Virus record (IMG/VR): IMGVR_UViG_3300007735_000926
Location: 5,683 to 69,682 of that record
Source: a virus
Lineage: Duplodnaviria; Heunggongvirae; Uroviricota; Caudoviricetes
Length of the DNA stretch: 64,000 nt
Reading direction: 5' to 3' (one strand)
Below, piece by piece: positions 1 through 8,413 of this stretch. Position 1 is the first letter of the stretch. Each line of letters starts with the position of its first letter. The position numbers were made by a program, and so were the translations under genes. The notes under the pieces were generated by a model, which saw only the letters and a list, made by a program, of their open reading frames with translations, did no database searches and was not told where the DNA came from.

Positions 1-546
1 GGAGTTGGTAGAGGAGTGGGAACGGTGGCTAAAATAGGTTCTGTGGGTGTGCTAGGTTCAACACTGGGTGGTTTGGGATTACCAGCTTATGCCGTTGGTG
101 GAATTATAGGTGGTGGTCTAAGTGTATTGAAAAATTCACAGAATACCAAAATGGACGCCAAGACAAAATTAAAACAAGCACTTATTGGTGCTGGATTGGG
201 TGCTTTATCTGGCTATGCTTTTTCAAAATTGAAAAGCATGATGAGTGGTAACGAATCAAGTGTATCTGGTCATAACCATGTTTCTGGTAATGTTTCAAAT
301 ACCATACAACAAATAAACAATCCTGATGTAATTACGAAAGGTGTAGAGTCTTATTTGAAGCAAAATAACATACCTTTCGATAGCGTCAAATATGATGGTG
401 GCGATTATATCGTTTACACTGATGGTGGTGCTACAAATTACATAAATTATCCACAACTAAAAATGAACATACTCACCACTGATACTCTTGGATCAAGAGG
501 TAAATTATCGGACTATATAAACAACATGATAAAAACAAATGAATAA
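1..546 (+). CDS. Gly-rich hypothetical protein, 5'-truncated by the window edge (possible virion/ejected protein)
   Basis: Frame is open from base 1; Gly-zipper-like hydrophobic segments (GGIIGGGL, GAGLGALSG). Confidence 0.6.
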   Translation, partial: GVGRGVGTVAKIGSVGVLGSTLGGLGLPAYAVGGIIGGGLSVLKNSQNTKMDAKTKLKQALIGAGLGALSGYAFSKLKSMMSGNESSVSGHNHVSGNVSNTIQQINNPDVITKGVESYLKQNNIPFDSVKYDGGDYIVYTDGGATNYINYPQLKMNILTTDTLGSRGKLSDYINNMIKTNE

Positions 547-850
547 TCAAGACATACACAATATAGCAGATTTATACGAAGAAGGTCTTTGGGATCGTAT
601 GAAAGCAGGAGCATCATCCATCAAAGGTGGTTTGAAAAACATGAAAATTTTGGGAGGAACTGGCTATGCAAAAGGAGCGCAACAAGCAAAGAATAATAGT
701 TTAATGAATTCCTTCGTATCTAAAATGATGAAAGATATTGAAAAATTTGATTCTGATGTATTAAATTATAAACAATCTGCGAACTATCAAAACATTTTAA
801 CAAAAGTGGATAATATTAGAAAAATCATTGAAAATTATCAAAAATACTAA
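539..850 (+). CDS. hypothetical protein, candidate head-internal protein
   Basis: N-terminal IADLYEEGLWDRMKA motif shared with 2075..2890. Confidence 0.7.
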   Translation: MNNQDIHNIADLYEEGLWDRMKAGASSIKGGLKNMKILGGTGYAKGAQQAKNNSLMNSFVSKMMKDIEKFDSDVLNYKQSANYQNILTKVDNIRKIIENYQKY

Positions 851-858
851 ATAATCTT

Positions 859-1425
859 ATGGGAAAAAAATTTGATGCAATTTATGAATCCGTCATCTCC
901 AGAAGTGAAGCTGGTGGATATATTCCGGGTGACTACGTGAAATTCCGTTCTGGTTATAAAAATACGGAAACCTACAAATATATGCCATCCACTCTTCAAA
1001 AAGAAGTTGATGAATTGGCTACTTGTGGATTGAATATTAAGGTTTGCCAAGTTGGTGATAAACAATCAGGGTTTTCTGCTGGTAATCAATTTAAACCAGC
1101 ATCAATGAACGTCTTAACTATTGCCGCCGATCAAGGTGGTGGAAGAACCTATGGCAGAGTCACTGTCACTCCTGATATGGTCGATATGGTCGATGTGAGT
1201 GCGGGTGTTTCAGTCCCAGATAAATTCAAGAAAAAGGATGTGGTTATTATCAAACCCAAGAAATTGAAGGTTGATCCAAATCTTATCACCAACGTGACTG
1301 ACAAGGGAAATGGTAAGAATACTCCAACAAGCCTTAAATTAGCAGGTGAATCTAAATCTTGGGAATCTACACAAGAACTTGGAATGCTTTACGAAAGCAT
1401 GATGAGAGGTGAAGATACGATTTGA
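859..1425 (+). CDS. hypothetical late protein
   Basis: 188 aa ORF; TAAATA at 848-853, 5 nt before ATG. Confidence 0.75.
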   Translation: MGKKFDAIYESVISRSEAGGYIPGDYVKFRSGYKNTETYKYMPSTLQKEVDELATCGLNIKVCQVGDKQSGFSAGNQFKPASMNVLTIAADQGGGRTYGRVTVTPDMVDMVDVSAGVSVPDKFKKKDVVIIKPKKLKVDPNLITNVTDKGNGKNTPTSLKLAGESKSWESTQELGMLYESMMRGEDTI

Positions 1426-1462
1426 AGTCGTAGCTTACGCATCCTAATAAAATAATATTACA

Positions 1463-1813
1463 ATGAATAAAAATCAAGAAACTTCAAGAGATTGGGAATC
1501 GGTCAATGAATTGGTCATGATCTACGAGGAAACATTGAAAGAAAAATTCGATTTCAAAAAAGCCGATAGAAATAAAAATGGTAAATTGGAAGATTGGGAA
1601 GAAAATATAGGTAAAAAAGTTTTTGGTGATGACGAAGATGATGATGAAGAAGATAATGAGGACTGCGGCGAACAAGATGAACAAGATGCTTGTTACAAAA
1701 AAGTAAAATCTCGATATGACGTTTGGCCTAGTGCATATGCTTCTGGCGCATTGGTGAAATGCAGAAAAGTGGGAGCAAAAAATTGGGGGAATAGTAAGAA
1801 AAAGAAAAAATAA
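1463..1813 (+). CDS. hypothetical protein with acidic tract and Cys/basic module (DACYKKVKSRYDVWPSAYASGALVKCRK)
   Basis: Module recalled from uncharacterised proteins of aquatic T4-like phages; not searched. Confidence 0.7.
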   Translation: MNKNQETSRDWESVNELVMIYEETLKEKFDFKKADRNKNGKLEDWEENIGKKVFGDDEDDDEEDNEDCGEQDEQDACYKKVKSRYDVWPSAYASGALVKCRKVGAKNWGNSKKKKK

Positions 1814-2070
1814 TGGAACAGATGTCCCAAAGAGAATTGCTGGAAAGTTTGCATGATTGGTTCGCCCCACATGTTGATAAGAAAGGTGAGAAATTCAAAG
1901 GTTGGATTAACTGTAAAACAGGTGGACCTTGTGGTAGAGAAGATACATCAAAAGGATCATACCCGGCCTGTAGACCTACAAAAGCACAGTGCAAAAAAAT
2001 AAAAGGTAAGATGTATAAAAAGAAAAGTTCAAAGCGAGTCAATTGGGAAAATAATAAAAAAGATAAATAA
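1813..2070 (+). CDS. small Cys-rich basic hypothetical protein
   Basis: TAATG overlap with previous gene; WINCKTGGPCGR...YPACRP motif. Confidence 0.7.
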   Translation: MEQMSQRELLESLHDWFAPHVDKKGEKFKGWINCKTGGPCGREDTSKGSYPACRPTKAQCKKIKGKMYKKKSSKRVNWENNKKDK

Positions 2071-2074
2071 TAAT

Positions 2075-2890
2075 ATGGCAAGATATACAAACGAAGATCA
2101 ACGTAATTTGGAAGAACTCTTGGAAGAAGGCTTGTTCGACCGCATGAAGGCTTATGGTGCCAATGCAATCGGATCAGTCAAAGGTGCGGGGCAACAACTT
2201 AAAGGCAAAGCGCAACAAGTTTATGGGAACGCTTTGAACAAAGCTGCTGAATTAGGAGGTCAGGCACTGGGTGTCGATGCGTCTCAAGGTAATTTAGCAC
2301 AAAAAGGACAAGCAATGCAACAAGCAGGTCAATCAAATGTTCAAGCTGGATCAACACAAGGCGAGAATTCCAAAATTGACTATCTGAAAAAAAATATCTC
2401 AAAAAGAATTGATAATTTTGTGGCTAATCTGAACAATGATATCCAAAAATTAGGATTAAATATTGGAAAAATTGAATTTGTTTCAGAAATTGAAGATGCT
2501 TTAGAAGGTTTGAAACAAAATTTAGCATCAACCCCATCCCCTTCTCCGCAGCAACAAACTCAAGCAACTCCACCTCCATTACCGCAGCAGCAACAAACTC
2601 AAGCAACTCCACCTCCATTACCGCAGCAGCAACAAACTCAAGATAATGTAGTGAGTGAACCAGTGAAACCTAAACAAACTAATCCGCGTTTTATGAGTGC
2701 TAACGCGAGAAAAAAATACGAAAAGGAACAAGCATTAAAACGTAGCGCATCTGGTAAAAAGGGAGCAATGGTAAGAAATTCAAAACAATCCCAAACAGTA
2801 ACAAATCCGAAGAAATCTAAAACAAGAGAATATTTTCAAAGACCTCTTGGTCAAGATGAAGAAGATTTAGAAGAATTGTTCTGGAGATAA
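2075..2890 (+). CDS. Gln/Pro-rich hypothetical protein, candidate head-internal protein
   Basis: LEELLEEGLFDRMKA N-terminus; TAAATA-N5-ATG; internal tandem repeat. Confidence 0.75.
   Translation: MARYTNEDQRNLEELLEEGLFDRMKAYGANAIGSVKGAGQQLKGKAQQVYGNALNKAAELGGQALGVDASQGNLAQKGQAMQQAGQSNVQAGSTQGENSKIDYLKKNISKRIDNFVANLNNDIQKLGLNIGKIEFVSEIEDALEGLKQNLASTPSPSPQQQTQATPPPLPQQQQTQATPPPLPQQQQTQDNVVSEPVKPKQTNPRFMSANARKKYEKEQALKRSASGKKGAMVRNSKQSQTVTNPKKSKTREYFQRPLGQDEEDLEELFWR
2548..2642 (+). repeat. 39-bp coding tandem repeat, about 2.4 copies (PQQQQTQATPPPL)
   Basis: caacaaactcaagcaactccacctccattaccgcagcag repeated. Confidence 0.9.
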
Positions 2891-3805
2891 TTAATACAAT
2901 TCTTCCAGCTGTAGAAGACAAGCGATACAACATATCTCCCTGTCAGTAACAGACATCATTTTAAACAGGCTATCCGCGATAATCAGGATAGCCTGTTTTT
3001 TTATAGTATCATCGATCTCCAAATTGTAGAAGTGATTCAGAAGATCCTTCAATAAGGATTCGTGATCAGAATCAAACAATTCCTCATTCTCAATAAGAAA
3101 CTTTCTTGTTTCCAAAGTCTTACCAGATTTGAGATTATTACAAATCATATCCATGATTTCATTCGTGTCTCTTTTCGATTCAATGACGAGGACACCAGAC
3201 TTGGAGAATTTTTCCAATTCGTTGATACATTTTCTAATATCAGGATAATATGATTTGATTAAAGTCACCAAACTTTTCTTCTGATTATCCGGGATCTCAA
3301 CACTTTCCCGTTTGAGGATATCCACACACCGACGAGTGACATCTTTTAAGGATGTATGGAGTGTGAGACTTTGGCACCGAGATTGCAAAGCAGGGATGAT
3401 ACGGTGTTTATAATTGCCTGTGAGGATGAATCGTGTAGTGGATGAGTAAGACTCCATTACGTTCCTCAGAATGGCCATAGAACTCTTTGAGAGATAATCT
3501 GCTTCGTCCAGTATAACGATCTTCAAACCACCGTCAAAGCTCATGGTCTGAGCGAATCCAATCACCTTTTCTCTAATGGTGTCAACACCATTTTCATCGG
3601 ACGCATTAATATACAAATAATCACACTTGAGAATATCCTTGGCTATGATTTTTGCCAAAGTGGTTTTGCCAGTTCCACACACTCCAGTGAGGAGTAAATT
3701 TGGAACATCTTTACCAAAATTCTGGATGATTGCTCTCGTCTTTTCATCAACCATCAAGTCATCCAAATTCTGAGGTCGATACTTTTCACACCATAAATCG
3801 TTCAT
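2891..3805 (-). CDS. gp44: sliding clamp loader AAA+ subunit (T4 gp44 / RFC-like)
   Basis: LWCEKYRP, Walker A GVCGTGKTT, Walker B ILDEAD, ALQSRC. Confidence 0.95.
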   Translation of the reverse strand: MNDLWCEKYRPQNLDDLMVDEKTRAIIQNFGKDVPNLLLTGVCGTGKTTLAKIIAKDILKCDYLYINASDENGVDTIREKVIGFAQTMSFDGGLKIVILDEADYLSKSSMAILRNVMESYSSTTRFILTGNYKHRIIPALQSRCQSLTLHTSLKDVTRRCVDILKRESVEIPDNQKKSLVTLIKSYYPDIRKCINELEKFSKSGVLVIESKRDTNEIMDMICNNLKSGKTLETRKFLIENEELFDSDHESLLKDLLNHFYNLEIDDTIKKQAILIIADSLFKMMSVTDREICCIACLLQLEELY

Positions 3806-4542
3806 AGGTCTAAACCTGTAACATGGTTTGAACGTTTGTCAATAGTTCTGACAAGATTCGCACAGTCCAGCAAGGAATCAAAATTACCCACATCGAACCA
3901 AAATCCATCCAACTTCTCGACATTGACACCTTCTTTATCATTCATCATACGAATGAGATCGACAATCTCAAGCTCTCCTCTGGCAGATGGGACGACCTTT
4001 TTAGCCATTTCCACGACCTCATTGGAAAACACATAAAGACCAATAACAGCATCCTCAGAAATAAATTCCTTTGGTTTCTCAACGATTTTTTCAATGAGTC
4101 CGTTTTCATTGGTGACAACAACACCATATGCCGATGGATCTTTGACTTTATAAGTATAAATGCTATTCGGTAAAGGATGGATCGGAGAATTACCAATAAT
4201 GATGTTATCCCCTAGAATCAGACAAATTTCATCAGCATCTTTAATAAATTCTTCTCCCACGATAAAAGCATCCACCAAACCACGAGGCTTATCTTGAATT
4301 GCATATGATAGGTTCAAATCAAATTTATTACCATCACCCAACAAAATCTTAAATTGTTTCTGTTGTTCCTCATCAGCATTGATAATGAGGATATCTTGAT
4401 AACCCATTTCCTTCAAAGTCTGAAGGGGATACGCGATCACAGGCTTTTTATAAATTGGTAAAAGCTGTTTTGAGATGGTCTTTGTGACCGGGTAAAGACG
4501 GGTTGCTCGCCCACCCGAAAGCACTATTGCTCTTTTACACAT
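3802..4542 (-). CDS. rmlA: glucose-1-phosphate thymidylyltransferase (RmlA/RfbA-like)
   Basis: LSGGRATRLYPVT..ISKQLLPIY, QDKPRGL, LGDN, EKP, SARGELEI, WFDVG; ATG at 4542 chosen. Confidence 0.9.
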   Translation of the reverse strand: MCKRAIVLSGGRATRLYPVTKTISKQLLPIYKKPVIAYPLQTLKEMGYQDILIINADEEQQKQFKILLGDGNKFDLNLSYAIQDKPRGLVDAFIVGEEFIKDADEICLILGDNIIIGNSPIHPLPNSIYTYKVKDPSAYGVVVTNENGLIEKIVEKPKEFISEDAVIGLYVFSNEVVEMAKKVVPSARGELEIVDLIRMMNDKEGVNVEKLDGFWFDVGNFDSLLDCANLVRTIDKRSNHVTGLDL

Positions 4543-5440
4543 AATCAAACAATGATTTTACTTTATCTAATAATATAGATTCACAACATTCAATGAATGC
4601 TTGTTTCTCAGTTCTGATTGGGTAGATGCCCTGAATTTTTGCAGTGTCCAGCACACAATTAGAACGATTTGCGTATGCTTTCAATTTCGACCTATCCACG
4701 AATTTCCAATTCAAATTATTCATCTCATATGATTTGAGTAATTCGCAAATCTCCTCAGTCTTCATAGGCTCGGGATTGGTGACATTGTAAATTTCTCTTT
4801 TGTTCCAATAATTCTCATCCAAATTATTGACAGTGAACTCCACGAAATCACAAAGATCGGGAATATATGTTTTAGAATTCACCAGATTCAGCAAATCATC
4901 ATATTTTCTGATTTTCTCGATGTAATTTCGGTATGAACTATCCTGTCCAAATGGCATTCTGATTCTCATCACAATACCTTTCAGATCTTTGGAAAGATTC
5001 TCATAAGCATGTTTAGATTTGGAGTAGAATGAGCTATAATTCTGGAACAAACCGAAATTGGGGATGTCTTCTTCAGACCATTCCTTATCGTAACCATCAT
5101 AAAGGCAACCAGTTGAGATATGGATATAATACAATCCCATTTCATCACAAAGTCGGTTGATTTCCAGAGGAACAATGGTGTTCAATTTCCAACATTCTTC
5201 CTTTTCCAATTCTGCTTGGTCCACATTGGGTTTGCCAGTGAAACCTGAACAATTGATAATTGTTGTGATCCCATTATTGAAAATAAATTTTCTCAATACG
5301 GATGTGTCGTGATAATCCATCTCATTTTTTGATCGGATTTCGACTTCAAATAAATGAGATTTTAAATGGGAAAATAGGTAATTCCCAATATATCCTTTTC
5401 CTAAAATAAGAATCTTGTTATGCTTCTGGTTCATATTCAT
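4535..5440 (-). CDS. NDP-4-keto-6-deoxyglucose 3,5-epimerase/4-reductase (RmlD / NRS-ER-like SDR)
   Basis: ILILGKGYIG, GFTGKPNVD, TGCLYDG, SFYSKSK (YxxxK), RIRMPF; start at 5440 or 5434 avoids a long overlap. Confidence 0.8.
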   Translation of the reverse strand: MNMNQKHNKILILGKGYIGNYLFSHLKSHLFEVEIRSKNEMDYHDTSVLRKFIFNNGITTIINCSGFTGKPNVDQAELEKEECWKLNTIVPLEINRLCDEMGLYYIHISTGCLYDGYDKEWSEEDIPNFGLFQNYSSFYSKSKHAYENLSKDLKGIVMRIRMPFGQDSSYRNYIEKIRKYDDLLNLVNSKTYIPDLCDFVEFTVNNLDENYWNKREIYNVTNPEPMKTEEICELLKSYEMNNLNWKFVDRSKLKAYANRSNCVLDTAKIQGIYPIRTEKQAFIECCESILLDKVKSLFDYV

Positions 5441-5642
5441 TCTCGATAAATTCTCTAATGTTGACGATGCTACAGATATCATTCTCTTGAATAAAGTCAA
5501 GAGCACCCTCACAGAAATCTTCTGCCATCATCGAAATTTCAGAATCATCAATAGAATCAAGAAAATCTTGAAAATCGTTAATCGATTTAATAATTTTCTC
5601 TTCATGAACTTCCAATTTTTTAAGTATAGTATTTTTCTTCAT
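5418..5642 (-). CDS. small acidic hypothetical protein
   Basis: 74 aa ORF packed in the operon. Confidence 0.65.
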   Translation of the reverse strand: MKKNTILKKLEVHEEKIIKSINDFQDFLDSIDDSEISMMAEDFCEGALDFIQENDICSIVNIREFIENEYEPEA

Positions 5643-5645
5643 ATT

Positions 5646-6377
5646 TTAATTATCAAAAAATGTAACATCAATGTCGAACGATCTATCTTCACCATCGATC
5701 ACAACCTTTGTTTGCAACCTATCAATTTCTTTGATAGTATCGATATATTTGGCAATATCTTGATTGATAGTTAAAGGTAGATTCTCGATAACCGAAATTC
5801 TATCTTTGACAGGTAATTCTGAGAAATTTAAGGATTTTTCACCAAATTTAACACTCTTCACAAATTTGACGATTTCAAATGTGAAGAGGTTGCTCAAATT
5901 CTTCCCAACATCTTTATCTCCATCTTTTTTCAGGATATCGATAGCATAGTTAATAACTTTGTTCTCTTCAATTAAGTTGGGCGTTTCCAACTCCACTTCT
6001 ACTGCTCCTTTGACGACATGTTGGAGGGAGTTATCAATTTTATCCAGAATCTTGACATTTGTGATATCAATTTCACCACCAGAAGTTTTCACAATTGTTC
6101 CCAAGCTTTCTGTTCGCAATTTTAAAATGACAGGAACCTTATCCACAACCAACCAATCATTTGACCCGGTATTTTCCATGATGACATCATTCAACATCTT
6201 CTGAAATTTCAAAACACCGACAGTTCCTTCAGCGAAGGTTGAAATGATGTTTTTCTGTTGCTTGAACGAGAGGGGAGTACAAGTGATTTTTTCCCCTGTG
6301 GAGATACGTTTCACTTCGAACGTATCTTTCTTAAGATCTTGGAGACTATCCAAGAAATTTTTCACATTATTATCCAT
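5646..6377 (-). CDS. baseplate hub assembly protein (T4 gp26-like)
   Basis: TFEVKRISTGEKITCTPLSFKQQK resembles gp26 N-terminus; ends FFD; start reset to 6377 by TAAATA-N5-ATG. Confidence 0.6.
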   Translation of the reverse strand: MDNNVKNFLDSLQDLKKDTFEVKRISTGEKITCTPLSFKQQKNIISTFAEGTVGVLKFQKMLNDVIMENTGSNDWLVVDKVPVILKLRTESLGTIVKTSGGEIDITNVKILDKIDNSLQHVVKGAVEVELETPNLIEENKVINYAIDILKKDGDKDVGKNLSNLFTFEIVKFVKSVKFGEKSLNFSELPVKDRISVIENLPLTINQDIAKYIDTIKEIDRLQTKVVIDGEDRSFDIDVTFFDN

Positions 6378-6406
6378 GAGTGTATTTACACTGGTGGAGT
6401 CATCTG

Positions 6407-7114
6407 TCAATACAAATTCGTAGAATTGTCAATATTACTATTATCAGTCTTCATTTTATCGATGTAATATTCAACATCCATAATAGTGGAATCCATTAAG
6501 ATTGTCCCATCGATTTTCTTCGACAGATAATAAATGATATCTCTGATATAATCCATTTCATACGAAAAAAACAATCCTTTAATCATTTCATATGGCAAGG
6601 ATGTTAGAAAATTTATTTCCATGTTATCCAATGAAGAATTATGTAAAATAATTTTTTTATTGTTCGTTTTTATTAAAAATTGGATCAATCTATTGTAAAA
6701 TTCTGCTGGTAATTTCTCCAACATTTCTTCTTTGTCCTTTTCACTCAATTCTGAAAAATCGATGACAAATTTTCCATATTCCATCTTATTTATAAAGTTA
6801 GAAACTGACAATATGTTTTGATCTTTGATAAATTTACTTGGAATGTCGAGTAACACTTTAATGTTTGAGTATTCAAACCATGTGGGTTGATTCACGAAAT
6901 CGTTCAATTCTTTTATTATGTATTCCAACGATATTTTTAAATTCTTATCATTTATTCTAAAATTAATACTGTATGAGACATTTTTCTCCCAATTCTTTAA
7001 AATATTAACAAATTTTTCGTGAATATTATCGCCTTTGAAATTATTAAGATAGCTGATGAAAAAATCTTCATCTCCCTCCAAACATTTTTTGATGTCACCT
7101 ATTGTGATTTTCAT
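6407..7114 (-). CDS. hypothetical tail/baseplate assembly protein (possibly gp26/gp51-related)
   Basis: DFSELSEKDKEEMLEKLP parallels NFSELPVKDRISVIENLP in the neighbouring gene; tail operon position. Confidence 0.45.
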   Translation of the reverse strand: MKITIGDIKKCLEGDEDFFISYLNNFKGDNIHEKFVNILKNWEKNVSYSINFRINDKNLKISLEYIIKELNDFVNQPTWFEYSNIKVLLDIPSKFIKDQNILSVSNFINKMEYGKFVIDFSELSEKDKEEMLEKLPAEFYNRLIQFLIKTNNKKIILHNSSLDNMEINFLTSLPYEMIKGLFFSYEMDYIRDIIYYLSKKIDGTILMDSTIMDVEYYIDKMKTDNSNIDNSTNLY

Positions 7115-7722
7115 TAGACAGCAATTTGCTCATAATTTTGGCAACCGAATGTCACAGATTTTATTGGAAATTCGGTATTTTGATAATCCATTGTAAAACC
7201 TTCAATATTTGTTGGAAAAGCTTTTCTGAAAATGTATCCTTTTCGCAATTTTCCGTCATTTGTATATTGTTTAACCGTAATATCAGCTTTAAGGTTGGCA
7301 CCTGCTTCGATTAAACCCTTTATTGCTAAAGCTATGATCCAAGGTCTAAAATACTCATGTTCCAAGTCTTTGCGTGTTTCCAAGAAATTTACTGAGAAGC
7401 TACGAGATAAGAAATCTTGTCTACTGTTTAAAACATATCCGGGTAGAAACCCGCCACTATTTTCTCCAATAGAAGATGATCCAAAATTAGCACCTTCAGT
7501 TGGGATAGTCACAGACTGAGCAGGTAAAATATTACCATTTCTTGTCATCGAATTTGGCGTGATATTAGCTCTCCATTTTTCACCAGCCAAATCCAAATAT
7601 TGATTTATTGACCCATTTGATACGCCATCGATAGATACCGACCATAATACTGGTATGGAAAGACAGTATTTAGCGTCCCCTGAGAACGCTTGGAGGAAAT
7701 CTTCAATCTGTGGGTTAGACAT
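7114..7722 (-). CDS. tail tube-like protein (gp19/gp48/gp54 fold)
   Basis: AQSVTIP, FRKAFPTNI...MDY...SVTF pattern; adjacent to the tube gene. Confidence 0.65.
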   Translation of the reverse strand: MSNPQIEDFLQAFSGDAKYCLSIPVLWSVSIDGVSNGSINQYLDLAGEKWRANITPNSMTRNGNILPAQSVTIPTEGANFGSSSIGENSGGFLPGYVLNSRQDFLSRSFSVNFLETRKDLEHEYFRPWIIALAIKGLIEAGANLKADITVKQYTNDGKLRKGYIFRKAFPTNIEGFTMDYQNTEFPIKSVTFGCQNYEQIAV

Positions 7723-7743
7723 GTAATTACTTAACCGCCTAGA

Positions 7744-8316
7744 TTAAGAATTTGCAAAATTTCTATAGAAATGGTAAGCGAATGTCGCTGTAAATGTTTT
7801 GATTTCACCAGTACCATCAGCGATTTCATAAGAAACTTCACCGATATTACGAAGTGATGCACCAATCAATTGAATGGTTCTGCCAACTTGCATTTCACTA
7901 CCAGTTGTGACGTTTGTTCCTCTTTGGCAAGGAATTTGAAGAACATCTAAAGTAATAACAGACTCATAACCCGGCATACAGATGTTACCAGTTGTAGTCT
8001 CGTTATCAAACAAGATTCGGCTTGCCTTTTCAAGCTTTTCTCTGATATCTAAATTTTGATCAAGATAGAATTCGATAGACCATCCTTCAGAACCCGGATA
8101 ACTTGATTTTCCGGGAACGTTGAATGTTTGCCCTGAATAATTGACCTGTTTGTTTTCAATATCTCTACCGGGGAAAGTTGCAGTCTTCGCATAAATCAAA
8201 TCGGTTTCTCCATTTAAAGAAAGCCCTGCAATATCGATTTGTTTAACACGGAAGAGGAAGTCGCGAGCAAATTGCTTTTGCATCGCCTGATTCATGAAGT
8301 TCTCGATGGTCGTCAT
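7744..8316 (-). CDS. gp19: tail tube protein (T4 gp19-like)
   Basis: ARDFLFRV, KTATFPGR, WSIEFYLD, IGEVSY, FTATFAY; directly downstream of the sheath. Confidence 0.8.
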   Translation of the reverse strand: MTTIENFMNQAMQKQFARDFLFRVKQIDIAGLSLNGETDLIYAKTATFPGRDIENKQVNYSGQTFNVPGKSSYPGSEGWSIEFYLDQNLDIREKLEKASRILFDNETTTGNICMPGYESVITLDVLQIPCQRGTNVTTGSEMQVGRTIQLIGASLRNIGEVSYEIADGTGEIKTFTATFAYHFYRNFANS

Positions 8317-8355
8317 ATTATTATTTAGTCCTTCGATATAACTTTTTTCAAATAT

Positions 8356-8392
8356 AAAAAAAATCCTGACCAGTTAAAACCGATCAGGATTT
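8356..8392 (-). terminator. intrinsic terminator after the sheath gene
   Basis: AAATCCTGA...TCAGGATTT inverted repeat followed by a U-tract on the minus strand. Confidence 0.75.
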
Positions 8393-8413
8393 AGATATTA
8401 ATGTGTAATTATA

